From an uncultured Candidatus Peribacteria bacterium (GTDB lineage Bacteria; Patescibacteriota; Gracilibacteria; UBA1369; LOWO2-01-FULL-3), in the NCBI GenBank assembly GCA_964480115.1, contig CAYZOB010000049.1:23712-87711 (forward strand): 64,000 nt of DNA, given 5' to 3'. A program made the translations under genes and the position numbers. Positions within the stretch are counted from its first letter, which is position 1; each line of letters starts with the position of its first letter. Of the stretch, positions 36,232 to 46,564 are shown piece by piece. The notes below the pieces were generated by a model. It worked only from the letters and a program-made list of their open reading frames with translations, was not told where the DNA came from and did no database searches.

Positions 36232-36557
36232 ATTTTTTAGCTTATATTATTGAACTTTCTTTTCCGATGAGATTTCTTTCGACCCTTAAATAAAAAATCC
36301 CGATTATCACATAGACAATCGAGAATTATAGTTTGAGAACTAAATTAACTCTTTTGTCTCGGCAGGTCTTCTGTCCGACGAAATGTCGAACCGCCTACTG
36401 TCTATGACCGGCACATTCTAGCAGAGAGCCAATGGAAGTCAAACATTTGTAAAGCTGCGAAAATGTATTTGCCTCTGCCAATCTCTGAGGCAATACTTTT
36501 TTGGACATGATCGGTAATTCATGTGCGTTTGGATCACCCAGCCGTTATAATGTTTTC

Positions 36558-37460
36558 ATGATTGTCACTAAGTTGCGCGCATTTCTGAAAAAAGCCAAAA
36601 AACCTCTAATTGTCATTCTCGGACCTACGGCTTCAGGCAAGACTGCTCTTTCGCTCGAACTCGCGAAAAAATTCAAAGGCGAAATAATTTCTACCGATTC
36701 CCGCCAGATATATAGGGAAATGGAAATTAGCACCGATGCCATTCTTTCTGAACAACAGGAGGGAATTCCTCATCATTTGCTCGGCATTACTACTCCTGAT
36801 AAGACTATTACCGTGGCCGGATTCACCGATCTGGCTCTTGGAAAAATTAAAGAAATTTATGTCCGCAAACATGTTCCGATACTGGTTGGCGGCACAGGCC
36901 TGTATATCAGCGCCATCATTGATGCCTACAATATACCCCGCATTCCACCGGACGAAAGGCTTCGCGCCGGGCTTTATAAGGAAGCCGAAAAGAAGGGCAA
37001 AACATTTCTCCACGAAAAATTAGCCAAACTTGATCCCCAAGCCGCGGCAAAAATTCATCCCAATAATTTACGCTACGTCATCAGGGCTTTGGAGATAAAT
37101 ATGTCCACCGGCAAAAACAAAAAAGATCTTAAAAGAAAATCACCATTCAATACTTTCCTCATAGGGATGAGCTGGCCGCGCGCCACCCTATATGAACGAG
37201 TAAATCTTCGTGTGGATCTGCAACTCAAGAGGGGACTGATTGAGGAGGTGACAAAACTTCTGAAAAAGGGCTATGACGAAAATTCTCCCGCCATGTCCTC
37301 CCTTGGCGTGAAGGAAATTATCCCTTTCATAAGAGGAAAAATGACTCTCGACGAGTGCGTGGAAATTCTCAAAAAAAACACCCGCAATTACGCAAAACGA
37401 CAAATGACATGGTTCAAGAGATATGTTAAGGTCAACTGGCTGGAAATGAATAACAAATAA
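36558..37460 (+). CDS. miaA: tRNA dimethylallyltransferase MiaA
   Basis: P-loop GPTASGKTALS, then DSRQIYREMEISTD and HHLLGI motifs. The ORF opens at TTG 36501; the ATG at 36558 gives the canonical N-terminus. Confidence 0.9.
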   Translation: MIVTKLRAFLKKAKKPLIVILGPTASGKTALSLELAKKFKGEIISTDSRQIYREMEISTDAILSEQQEGIPHHLLGITTPDKTITVAGFTDLALGKIKEIYVRKHVPILVGGTGLYISAIIDAYNIPRIPPDERLRAGLYKEAEKKGKTFLHEKLAKLDPQAAAKIHPNNLRYVIRALEINMSTGKNKKDLKRKSPFNTFLIGMSWPRATLYERVNLRVDLQLKRGLIEEVTKLLKKGYDENSPAMSSLGVKEIIPFIRGKMTLDECVEILKKNTRNYAKRQMTWFKRYVKVNWLEMNNK

Positions 37461-37466
37461 GGACAA

Positions 37467-37883
37467 ATGGCTGGAAAACTCACTTTCGAAGATCTCTGCA
37501 AACTCGCCGAAAAACTTCGCTCAAAAACCGGTTGTCCCTGGGATCGCAATCAGACTATCGTTACCATGCTGAAGTGCATTAAAGATGAGACGGAAGAAGT
37601 TTGTCAGGCCATTGAAAAAGGTGATCACGAAAATCTCTGTGAAGAATTGGGAGATGTGCTTTTTCAAATTGCCATGATTGCTCAAATTGCCAGGGAGGAA
37701 AAGTATTTCGACATTGATCAGGTATTGAAAGGTATCGATCATAAAATTCGTTCGCGTCACACCTGGGTTTTTGGCAGGGATAAGGCGAAAACTCCCGCAG
37801 AAGCTATTGCCATGTGGAATAAGAATAAAGAGTTGGAAAAGGCACGGAAAAAAGCCACGCAAAAATTGATAATTGACAATTGA
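37467..37883 (+). CDS. mazG: MazG-family nucleoside triphosphate pyrophosphohydrolase
   Basis: CPWDRNQT ... EEVCQAIEKGD ... EELGDVLFQI are MazG EExxE/ExxD motifs. Confidence 0.85.
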   Translation: MAGKLTFEDLCKLAEKLRSKTGCPWDRNQTIVTMLKCIKDETEEVCQAIEKGDHENLCEELGDVLFQIAMIAQIAREEKYFDIDQVLKGIDHKIRSRHTWVFGRDKAKTPAEAIAMWNKNKELEKARKKATQKLIIDN

Positions 37884-37884
37884 C

Positions 37885-39549
37885 ATGTCTGTCTTAGGCA
37901 AAAAATGGGTTATAAAAAACCACGACGTTCAAAAAACCGTCTTTGAAAGACTGTTGGAAAATCGTGGACTGAACGATCTTAGGGAAATCACTGAATTTCA
38001 TGATCCTTTTCTTTTCACCGAAATGAAAAAAGCCATTGAAAGAATTGATTTGGCGATTAAAAAACAGCAAAGGGTAATTGTTTTTGGCGACTACGATGTT
38101 GATGGTATCAGTGGCACCGCAATTCTCGTTCGCATTCTGAAGAAAATAAAGGCAAATGTCTCTTATCGCCTGCCAAATCGCCTCAATGATGGCTACGGAT
38201 TATCCATGAAATTCATTGATGAATTTGTGGAAAAAAAGATTGATCTGGTAATAACCAATGATTGCGGAATTTCTTGCCGTAATGAAGTTGCCAAAGCCAA
38301 GGAGCATGGAATTGACATTATTATTACCGATCATCACACCATTCCGGAATTTAAGCCTGAAGCCTTTGCCATTTTGCATCCGAAATTGCCCGATTCGAAT
38401 TATCCTTTCAAGGAATTAACCGGAGCCGGTGTAGCTCTGAAATTGGCTCATGGACTTATTAAAACTTATCTGCCGGAGTCTGAGCAGGATGATTATCTGG
38501 ATTCTCTGCTGGATTTGGCCACGCTTGGCACTATTGCCGATTTGGGCTCATTGAGAGATGAAAACAGATTGATTGTCAGTAAAGGTCTGACAGCACTTTC
38601 CAATACCAAGTGGGTCGGACTGAAAAAAATCAAGGAATTGGCCAGCTTGAAAGAAGGCACTAAAATGAGTGCGATTAATATCGGTTTTCAGCTGGCACCT
38701 CGCATAAACGCAGCTGGTCGTATTGGTGATCCATATACCGCGCTTTCGCTGCTTTTACAGGAAGAAGAAAGTGAAAAAGTCGAGCAACTTGGTGCTAAAC
38801 TTGAGTCTTTGAATAAAGAGCGACAAGGCATGACCGAGCAGGCCATGAAAGAGGCTGAACAAATTTTGTTGGCGCAAGAAAAAATGCCGCATATTTTGAT
38901 TGCCCATAGCGTAAATTGGCATGTGGGGATATTGGGTTTGGTGGCGGGGAAATTGGCCGAAAAATATGGTAGACCGGCTATCATCATGCAGGATTTTGGT
39001 GATACGCTTGTAGCTTCGGCTCGCAGTCCGCAATATTTTAATATTGTTGAGGCTTTGACTGAAACCAAGTCGCACTTAATGAGTTTTGGTGGTCATGCCC
39101 AGGCTGCCGGCTTTAATATTGCCAGGGATAAATTGACGAAATTCACTGAGGAAATTTCAAAAGTTGCAGCCAACACCTTACAAAATACAGAGCTCAAAAC
39201 AATTTTAGAGATAGACTGCCAGCTTTCAGGCGAAGAAATAGATCTCCAGCTGCTGGAAAAAATTGAAGATTTACAGCCTTTTGGTGTTGATAATCGCAAG
39301 CCAACTTTTGTGATGAAGGATCTTGAACCTTGTTTTATTAATACAATTGGTAAGGATGGTAGTCATGTTAAATTCACGGTAAAAAATGGTGAAAAAAAAT
39401 TTCCGGTTATCGCTTTTCGTATGGGCCAGTTTATTAAGGAATTAAGACAACATCGCAAAATAGATTTGGTTTTCCAGCTCGAATTGCACACTTGGAACGA
39501 TCGTGAATTTATTCAGCTTCAAGCCCTGGATTTCAAACCTGTTATTTAA
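37885..39549 (+). CDS. recJ: single-stranded-DNA-specific exonuclease RecJ
   Basis: DHH motifs (VFGDYDVDGISG, NDCG, DHH) and a DHHA1 motif (GGHAQAAG). The ATG at 37885 lies directly after the mazG stop. Confidence 0.9.
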   Translation: MSVLGKKWVIKNHDVQKTVFERLLENRGLNDLREITEFHDPFLFTEMKKAIERIDLAIKKQQRVIVFGDYDVDGISGTAILVRILKKIKANVSYRLPNRLNDGYGLSMKFIDEFVEKKIDLVITNDCGISCRNEVAKAKEHGIDIIITDHHTIPEFKPEAFAILHPKLPDSNYPFKELTGAGVALKLAHGLIKTYLPESEQDDYLDSLLDLATLGTIADLGSLRDENRLIVSKGLTALSNTKWVGLKKIKELASLKEGTKMSAINIGFQLAPRINAAGRIGDPYTALSLLLQEEESEKVEQLGAKLESLNKERQGMTEQAMKEAEQILLAQEKMPHILIAHSVNWHVGILGLVAGKLAEKYGRPAIIMQDFGDTLVASARSPQYFNIVEALTETKSHLMSFGGHAQAAGFNIARDKLTKFTEEISKVAANTLQNTELKTILEIDCQLSGEEIDLQLLEKIEDLQPFGVDNRKPTFVMKDLEPCFINTIGKDGSHVKFTVKNGEKKFPVIAFRMGQFIKELRQHRKIDLVFQLELHTWNDREFIQLQALDFKPVI

Positions 39550-39661
39550 ACTGGAAATTTCCCCGTGCTATTGATACAATAAATCCCTTTTTGAAGATGC
39601 TCTACGTCTTGACATAAACCCGAAAATGTTTTAAAATATATAGATACATTTCTAAAACTAA

Positions 39662-40993
39662 ATGCAAAACGCCAATCAAAAAAACATCATAGAACTGATT
39701 AAGAGGAGTAATAAAATTCTTGTTTTGCCATCTTCTCCTCCTGATGGAGACTCTCTGGGCTCAGCGGCTGCGCTATATATGGCATTAAGGAAATTGAATA
39801 AGGAAGTAACGGTGATCTGTGCCGACCCGGTTCCCGATGTTTATGATTTTTTGCCAAATATGAAAGTTGTAGGCAGTAAATTGGTCTCATCCAACGATTT
39901 TATCATCACCATAGATTGCAAAAAGATTAAAGTTGATAAGATTAAAAGTGACATTGAAGATGATAAAGTTAATATTATTATCAGTCCCAGGCAAGACGGA
40001 CATTTTTCGGAAGAGGATATCAGTTTCAATAAAGGAGAAATTTCTTATGACTTGATTATTACCGTTGATACTGCCGAATTACAACAGCTCCGTGGCATTT
40101 ACGAAAATAATATACAAATGTTCCACCAGATACCTGTTATTAATATTGATCACCATATTTCCAATACTCATTTTGGCAAGATAAATCATGTGGACATCAT
40201 GTCTTCTTCAACCACCGAACTACTTTGTCCTCTATTGGAAGAATTGGCTAAAGACACGGGAATCGATTTGATTGATGAAGATATTGCCACCCTGCTTTTG
40301 ACTGGAATTATTACCGATACCGGCAGTTTCCAAAATGCCAACACCACGCCAAAGTCCTTTGATGTTGCCTCGGAATTAATTGCTTACGGTGCTCGCCAAC
40401 AGGAAATTATCCAGTATATCTATAAGACAAAACAGCTAAGTCAGCTAAAGCTCTGGGGTAGGGTATTGTCCAAAATTCAAACAGACGAGCAGCACCATAT
40501 CGTCTGGTCGGTAGTCAGTCAGCAGGATTTTCGTGATACCGGCAGCAGTGAAGATGAAACAGGAGACATTATTGATGAATTAATGACTAACGCTCCCGGA
40601 GCTGAAGTTATACTTTTGATTAAAGAAAAAAAAGACAGTTTAATCTCCGGCAGCATTCGCACCACCAGCGCCAGTATAGACGCTGCTGCCATCGCCGAAA
40701 AATTTGGTGGTGGCGGGCATACTCAGGCAGCTGGATTTAGTCTCAAAAATATAGCTCTCAGAGACGCCGAATATCAAATAATCAACGCCGTGAAAGAATT
40801 TCAAGCTAAGCGCCACAATTTTCCGGAGCAAAAGTTGGCAGTAGAACCTGCGACAGTAGCAATAACCAAGCCGGTTGAAGAGCTGAAAAAAGTGGAGACA
40901 CCAAAGCCTGAGCCGATATCCCCTAAACTAAATTTCAAAACTCCAACCGGAACAGTCACGCCATCTGAAATTTCCTATAAATTCGAAGATTAA
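39662..40993 (+). CDS. DHH/DHHA1 phosphoesterase (NrnA-like oligoribonuclease / pAp phosphatase) with a C-terminal extension
   Basis: Motifs DGDSLGSAAAL, DHHISN, TGIITDTGSF and GGGGHTQAAG. An extra tail of about 90 aa is P/E/K-rich. Confidence 0.8.
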   Translation: MQNANQKNIIELIKRSNKILVLPSSPPDGDSLGSAAALYMALRKLNKEVTVICADPVPDVYDFLPNMKVVGSKLVSSNDFIITIDCKKIKVDKIKSDIEDDKVNIIISPRQDGHFSEEDISFNKGEISYDLIITVDTAELQQLRGIYENNIQMFHQIPVINIDHHISNTHFGKINHVDIMSSSTTELLCPLLEELAKDTGIDLIDEDIATLLLTGIITDTGSFQNANTTPKSFDVASELIAYGARQQEIIQYIYKTKQLSQLKLWGRVLSKIQTDEQHHIVWSVVSQQDFRDTGSSEDETGDIIDELMTNAPGAEVILLIKEKKDSLISGSIRTTSASIDAAAIAEKFGGGGHTQAAGFSLKNIALRDAEYQIINAVKEFQAKRHNFPEQKLAVEPATVAITKPVEELKKVETPKPEPISPKLNFKTPTGTVTPSEISYKFED

Positions 40994-41229
40994 TTTGAAG
41001 GTGGAGGAGCCGTAGGAGCCGTTATGTTTGGCGCACTATTTGGTGTAGGCAAACCGTCACCAGGACTCAGTTTGATAGCTCCGTCACCGATTCCCAGATC
41101 AGCCACGGAATTATCACCGGCCTTAATAAAAGAAAAAATTAAAGAAGCCACAGCTATTGCGCCTACGATTAGAGCCGCAATCACCGCAGGGAAATATTTT
41201 CGTTCTTCACCTTTTACGTATTCCGGCAT
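40990..41229 (-). CDS. small single-pass membrane protein (79 aa)
   Basis: One TM (FPAVIAALIVGAIAVASLIF) and a Pro-rich tail. It is co-directional with, and 10 nt downstream of, the SLH gene. Confidence 0.4.
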   Translation of the reverse strand: MPEYVKGEERKYFPAVIAALIVGAIAVASLIFSFIKAGDNSVADLGIGDGAIKLSPGDGLPTPNSAPNITAPTAPPPSN

Positions 41230-41239
41230 AGTTTTTGAA

Positions 41240-42553
41240 TTAAAAAGCTGTAGTTTTGCCCTCTCTGGTATCCAAAATCACATCATCCGTTCTTTCATAC
41301 TTAAAGGTATAATTAACTTTTTTGCTGTAGTAATAATCCACCGGACCATTGCCCGCGCCTATAGCGTCGGTTTGAACAATCAGTTTTTCCGGTAAAGCAT
41401 TTAGAGATTCCATGCCTTTGTTTTTCACCAGTACCGTTGCCATTATTTTATTTAACAACTCAGCATAATCTTCAATATTTACAGCTGAATTCCTATATGC
41501 AAGAGTATCGAGCATAGCTTTGATTATTTTCTTCAACTGCGATTTTAATATTCCCTCACCATACTGCGTATAGACAATCAGCACCTGATTATTTTGCATA
41601 TAAACATACCAGTCGGTCATGTGTTCAGTTTCACGCATTACCTCATAAGCACTCAATTCCCCCACTTTGAATTTTCTATATTGACCACCCTGGAAAGCGT
41701 TTTTAATATTCGTAAAATACTGATCTGCAATCATGTTTCCGGCATTTGGATCGACAGCCACTGTGATTACTCCGGTATTTGGATAAATTCTACCTGCTGC
41801 AAATTGAGAATATTGTTTATCCGGCTTCAGAAATACCACTTGGCTCTTATCTTCAATGACTTTCCAGCTTTTATCCTCATATTTCATTGAAAAAGGAAAA
41901 AGACTACTATTGTAAATTTTCCAATTCGTTGCCAAGGGAAAAGGCTGCTCATTTTTTTCTTTTACAATCATCAGCCGATATACCAGTTCGGCGAAAGCTC
42001 CCCTGGTCATTGCCTGATCCGGATGTATTGCACCATAATCATCGGCAAGAATAAGATTATAATCACGACCATATTGCATATGTGGTGCGTGCCACACGGC
42101 TTTTCCCACATCTGTAAAAACATCCTCGGTAACTTTTGCCGGCAATTTAACTTTTGCCGCCAATAACATAATTTTCATTGTTTCAGCCAGATTTACCGGA
42201 TCACCTGGTTTAAAAGTACCATCTTTATAACCTCCGATAATTCCAGCCGCTTTCCCCCCCATCACAAAATTAAAAAACCAATCGGATTTTTTCACATCAG
42301 GAAAAAGCATTTCGTATTTTCCATCATTTTTTACACTTAGGGCAACTGAAACAATTTTTACCGCCTCCGCTCTATTTACCAATTTTTCCGGCCCGAAAGT
42401 GCCATCATCATAACCCTTGATCACATTCTTCCCCGCCAAATAATCAATAGCCTGGTAGTTCTTATGATCCTGTGCCACATCGGGAAAAGAAGCCGCCGCA
42501 ACATTGATTGAAAGAGCAAAAAAGAATAACGGAATCAAATATATTTTTTTCAT
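41240..42553 (-). CDS. S-layer-homology (SLH) domain protein
   Basis: Signal peptide from the ATG at 42553 (MKKIYLIPLFFFALSINVAAA). Three SLH-like repeats follow (FPDV..W..A..YL....I.GY.DGTF.P....NRAE). Confidence 0.75.
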   Translation of the reverse strand: MKKIYLIPLFFFALSINVAAASFPDVAQDHKNYQAIDYLAGKNVIKGYDDGTFGPEKLVNRAEAVKIVSVALSVKNDGKYEMLFPDVKKSDWFFNFVMGGKAAGIIGGYKDGTFKPGDPVNLAETMKIMLLAAKVKLPAKVTEDVFTDVGKAVWHAPHMQYGRDYNLILADDYGAIHPDQAMTRGAFAELVYRLMIVKEKNEQPFPLATNWKIYNSSLFPFSMKYEDKSWKVIEDKSQVVFLKPDKQYSQFAAGRIYPNTGVITVAVDPNAGNMIADQYFTNIKNAFQGGQYRKFKVGELSAYEVMRETEHMTDWYVYMQNNQVLIVYTQYGEGILKSQLKKIIKAMLDTLAYRNSAVNIEDYAELLNKIMATVLVKNKGMESLNALPEKLIVQTDAIGAGNGPVDYYYSKKVNYTFKYERTDDVILDTREGKTTAF

Positions 42554-42642
42554 AGGCAACACAAATATATCACTAAGATTGCTTGTGCTCAAGCGAGCCT
42601 GCCCGGCAGCAGTCCTACGCGGTCGAAGTGCAAACCGGCAAG

Positions 42643-43995
42643 TTAGGAATACAACAATTCCCCCGGCGTATATCTATCCAAATTTTTCTCACCAATAAGT
42701 TTTACCAGCCTCTCTACGACTTTTTCCATTTTCACCGTTTCTTGCACGCCTTTTTGCATATTACGAATAATGGCATTGCCTTCCCTTACTTCGGTAAGAC
42801 CAATTAAAACCGTATAAGGAACTTTAAATTTATCGGCAATTCTAAGCTGAATATTTATAGAACCTTTACCTAAAGCTCCCATAGTCTTAATTCCCGCTTC
42901 ACGTAATTTCTCAATTAACGGTAAACATTTTCTTTTGGCTTCATTGCCAAGTTGCGCTACAAATACATGCAAATAATCCTTCGATGGGACGCGAATTTTT
43001 TCACGCTTCATGCTGGCAATAATTCTTTCCACTCCCGCTGCCATACCTACCGCCGGAGTCGGCTGCCCGCCCATCAATTCAATCAGCCCATCATATCTTC
43101 CACCACCGCCGATGGCATTTTGAGAGGCTTCACCTTTTTCCATTTCCACGAATTCAAAAACAGTCTTGGCATAATAATCCAAACCTCTGACAAGTTTCGG
43201 ATTTTCTTCATATTTAATCTGCATTTCATCAAGATAACCTTTTAGTTCGGCATGAAAATCCAAGGATTCTTTATCCAAATAATCTTTCATCAAAGGCGCC
43301 AGTTGAGCCAAAATCTTGCAGTCTTCCTGCTTGCAATCCAGAAGCCTCATCGGATTACTGGAAAGTCTATATCTACAATCCTCGCAAAGCGATCGCTCTT
43401 TACCCGTGTAATAATCTTGTAAGACCTGCACATATTTTTTACGCGCCTCCGCCGTACCTATTGTATTGATCTGTAATTTTAGAACCTTATCTACACCCAG
43501 ATCCTGATATATTTTATAGGCCAATTGAATAATCTGCGCGTCCAAAGCGGCATCTGTTTCACCAATTATTTCAAAACCAAATTGCCAAAATTGGCGATAA
43601 CGTCCTTTCTGTGGGCGATCATATCTGAAATGCGGCTCAAAATAGTACAGCATCAGTGGCTGAGGCAATTGATTCATATTATTTTGAATATAACTGCGTA
43701 CGACTCCAGCCGTTCCCTCAGGTTTCAAAGTAAGACTTCGCCCCTTTCTATCCTGAAAAGTATACATTTCCTTGGAAACTATATCCGAAGTGTCGCCAAT
43801 ACTTCTTTTAAAAACTTCCGTGAATTCAAATATCGGTGTGCTGATACGCCTAAAACCCGCTTGTCTGGCTCGATGTCTCACAACTTTTTTCATGAAAGTA
43901 TGATATTCATGATCCATCGGCAAAATATCATGCACTCCCTTCGGCGTTTGAAATGGAGGCTTCTGCACTATAACTTCATCGGATTCTTCAGCCAT
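42643..43995 (-). CDS. hisS: histidine--tRNA ligase
   Basis: Class II motifs and HisRS-specific patterns (GVHDILP, FRYDRPQKGRYRQFWQFG, GGGRYDGL). Confidence 0.95.
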   Translation of the reverse strand: MAEESDEVIVQKPPFQTPKGVHDILPMDHEYHTFMKKVVRHRARQAGFRRISTPIFEFTEVFKRSIGDTSDIVSKEMYTFQDRKGRSLTLKPEGTAGVVRSYIQNNMNQLPQPLMLYYFEPHFRYDRPQKGRYRQFWQFGFEIIGETDAALDAQIIQLAYKIYQDLGVDKVLKLQINTIGTAEARKKYVQVLQDYYTGKERSLCEDCRYRLSSNPMRLLDCKQEDCKILAQLAPLMKDYLDKESLDFHAELKGYLDEMQIKYEENPKLVRGLDYYAKTVFEFVEMEKGEASQNAIGGGGRYDGLIELMGGQPTPAVGMAAGVERIIASMKREKIRVPSKDYLHVFVAQLGNEAKRKCLPLIEKLREAGIKTMGALGKGSINIQLRIADKFKVPYTVLIGLTEVREGNAIIRNMQKGVQETVKMEKVVERLVKLIGEKNLDRYTPGELLYS

Positions 43996-44086
43996 GATTT
44001 GGTAAAATTAAGAAATTAGTCGAACACGCTAACTGACACACTACCATGTATTACAGCTATTTCAAGGTAAATGTGTCGGGGAAAAT

Positions 44087-45160
44087 TCACCAAATATCAA
44101 AAGAAGTCGTGGGAATGATGTTTGTCTTTGGCTTAAAATTCTTTGGATTTGCTTTATACAAATAATAGCCAGCCGCCGCTATCATCGCCGCATTGTCGGT
44201 ACAATATGTGAAAGATCTTGGATGGCGAAAAGTAACTGGATTTTTCTTTTCCTCAACATATTTCTTCAATTTTTTTCCAATAACTTCTCTTAGTCTCAAA
44301 TTTGCCGAAACTCCTCCTGCCAAATGCACTTCTTTCACCTCAGGAAATTTCTTTAAAGCCATTATCAGCTTGTCTGCCAAAACTTCCACCACGGCTTCCT
44401 GAAAACTTGCGGCCAAATCGGCCTTGAATAGCAATAAGTTCCCGCCCGCTTCGCCGGTAGCGGAATTTTTCTTCACCACATCCAGTACCGCCGTTTTCAA
44501 ACCGGAAAAACTAAAATCCAGGCTGCCTTTTTCCAAATATGATCTTGGCAATTTAAATTTCTCCATATCTCCATTTAAAGCAATTTTAGCAATCGCCGGT
44601 CCTCCCGGATATCCCAGACCCAGAATTCTGGCTACTTTATCAAAGGCCTCTCCCGCCGCATCATCACGAGTTTCACCAAGCACTTCGAATTCATGATGAT
44701 TCTTCATTAAAATTAATTCATTGTGCCCACCGGAAACAGTCAAAATCAAAATAGGGAACTGCGGTTCGCCACTATTCTCATCTTTACCCTCCCCATAGAG
44801 CCAATTCGAATAAATATGCCCCACTATATGTTGTACCGGAATTAATGGCTTAGACATAACATAAGAAATCACACTCGCCGTTTCCGTTCCGATAATCAAA
44901 GAGCTTATCAGTCCCGGCCCACGCGTAATTGCCAAAGCCTCAATATCATCCCACCCACACCCAGCCACACTCATGCATTCTTCCAAAACCGGAACCATTT
45001 TTAGCACATGCTCCCTCGCCGCCACTTCCGGCACCACACCGCCGGTTTTAGCGTGTAGATCAATTTGCGACGCAATCACATTTGCCAAAACTTTGCGTCC
45101 ATCCTCTACGATCGCCGCTGCTGTCTCATCACAAGATGTCTCAATGGCCAGGATTTTCAT
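44087..45160 (-). CDS. tsaD: tRNA N6-adenosine threonylcarbamoyltransferase TsaD
   Basis: MKILAIETSCDETAAAIV ..., HIVGHIY and SGGH are Kae1/TsaD family motifs. Confidence 0.93.
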   Translation of the reverse strand: MKILAIETSCDETAAAIVEDGRKVLANVIASQIDLHAKTGGVVPEVAAREHVLKMVPVLEECMSVAGCGWDDIEALAITRGPGLISSLIIGTETASVISYVMSKPLIPVQHIVGHIYSNWLYGEGKDENSGEPQFPILILTVSGGHNELILMKNHHEFEVLGETRDDAAGEAFDKVARILGLGYPGGPAIAKIALNGDMEKFKLPRSYLEKGSLDFSFSGLKTAVLDVVKKNSATGEAGGNLLLFKADLAASFQEAVVEVLADKLIMALKKFPEVKEVHLAGGVSANLRLREVIGKKLKKYVEEKKNPVTFRHPRSFTYCTDNAAMIAAAGYYLYKANPKNFKPKTNIIPTTSFDIW

Positions 45161-45217
45161 GTGGGCATTCTACCAGAGCGCTTGCGCTCAAGCCAAATTT
45201 CCGGATATATTTATCTC

Positions 45218-46564
45218 GTGAAATCCACCTCCCTCGAAATCATTGAAGATCTGAAAAAAGCCGGCTACGAAGCTTACTGGGCAGGTGGCTGCGTGAGAGA
45301 TATGTTGCTGGGAATTCAGCCCAAGGATTTTGATATTGTCACCTCTGCCAAACCCGAGGAAATAGAAAAAATTCTTGAACATACCATTCCCATCGGCAAA
45401 AAATTCGGTGTAATATTGGCGATAAAAAATGGCCACCATTTTGAAATTGCCACCTTCCGCTCCGACGCCGGCTACAGCGATGGACGTCGCCCCGATGCGG
45501 TGGAATTCACTAATGCTAAAGAAGATGCCCTGCGTCGCGATTTCACCATTAATGCGATGTTTTTCGATCCTTCTACCAATAAAATCTTCGATTACGTTGA
45601 TGGACAGATAGACCTTCGTGATCGCCTGATCCGTTTCATAGGCAATCCGGAAGAGCGCATAAAAGAGGATCATTTACGCATTCTGCGCGCAGTCCGTTTC
45701 AAAAATGCCTTTGATTTTCAATATCATCCGGACACTTATCAGGCAATCAAAAAACATGTTCACTTGATTGAAAACATTTCCAGGGAAAGAATCGCTGATG
45801 AGCTGAATAAGATGATAATGAGCCAAAATCCCGGCCAGGGCTTTGAAGAGCTATTTGAAATCGGCGCTCTGGAAATTCTCATTCCGGAACTTTGCAAATT
45901 GAAAGGCCTCGCCCAGCCGCTAATGTATCATCAGGAAGGAGATGTATGGGATCACTCACTCAAAGCCTTGAATAGTCTCACCGATGAGGCATCCGACCCG
46001 GATCCGCTTCCGGCTAATCCTGCTTCGCTCACATTAAAGTGGGCGACACTGTTTCATGATATAGGTAAATACGAAACTTTTTCCCAGGATCAGAAAAGAA
46101 TCCGTTATGATCACCACGCCGAAGTAGGTTCCGAAATTGCCAAAACAATTCTCACGCGCCTCAATTTTCCCAAAAAGATGATTGATCGTGTCTTTTGGCT
46201 TATTCGCCATCATATGATGATAGTTCCCCTGATAGAAATGCCCGATGGTCGTCGCCGTCATTGGTTTCTCGAACCAGGATTTGAAGAATTATTGGAACTT
46301 AACCGCGCCGATACCGTAGGCACCAAGCCTCTTGATCTGGAGCTTTATTTAAAATTAAAAAAACTTTATCGTCACGAAATCGCCAAGCTGAAGCAAATGC
46401 CTGTAAATCTTCTTACCGGTGAAGAAATAATGAATATTTGTAAACTGCCCGAAGGAGAAAAAGTAGGAGAAATAATTAAAGAGCTTCGCGAAAAACAACT
46501 TTCACACGAGCTGAAAACCAAAGCCGAGGCTAAGAAATTTCTTCAGTCTAGAGCAATTTCTTAG
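45218..46564 (+). CDS. cca: CCA-adding enzyme / tRNA nucleotidyltransferase with HD domain
   Basis: AGGCVRDMLLG, DFDIVT, RRDFTINA and a C-terminal HD (FHDIGK). The track ORF from 45065 overlaps tsaD and has no ATG. The in-frame GTG at 45218 is the first plausible start. Confidence 0.85.
   Translation: MKSTSLEIIEDLKKAGYEAYWAGGCVRDMLLGIQPKDFDIVTSAKPEEIEKILEHTIPIGKKFGVILAIKNGHHFEIATFRSDAGYSDGRRPDAVEFTNAKEDALRRDFTINAMFFDPSTNKIFDYVDGQIDLRDRLIRFIGNPEERIKEDHLRILRAVRFKNAFDFQYHPDTYQAIKKHVHLIENISRERIADELNKMIMSQNPGQGFEELFEIGALEILIPELCKLKGLAQPLMYHQEGDVWDHSLKALNSLTDEASDPDPLPANPASLTLKWATLFHDIGKYETFSQDQKRIRYDHHAEVGSEIAKTILTRLNFPKKMIDRVFWLIRHHMMIVPLIEMPDGRRRHWFLEPGFEELLELNRADTVGTKPLDLELYLKLKKLYRHEIAKLKQMPVNLLTGEEIMNICKLPEGEKVGEIIKELREKQLSHELKTKAEAKKFLQSRAIS

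Noticed and set aside
42554-42642. GC-rich intergenic stretch between hisS and the SLH gene, considered as a possible small RNA or terminator.
   Set aside because: Only weak 4-5-bp hairpins (GCTTG-tgct-CAAGC, CTGC-ccg-GCAG) are present, with no U-tract. The evidence is insufficient.
45065-45217. 5' extension of the cca ORF overlapping tsaD by about 100 nt.
   Set aside because: There is no ATG in the extension and it is antisense to the conserved TsaD N-terminus. The conserved nucleotidyltransferase region starts after the GTG at 45218.
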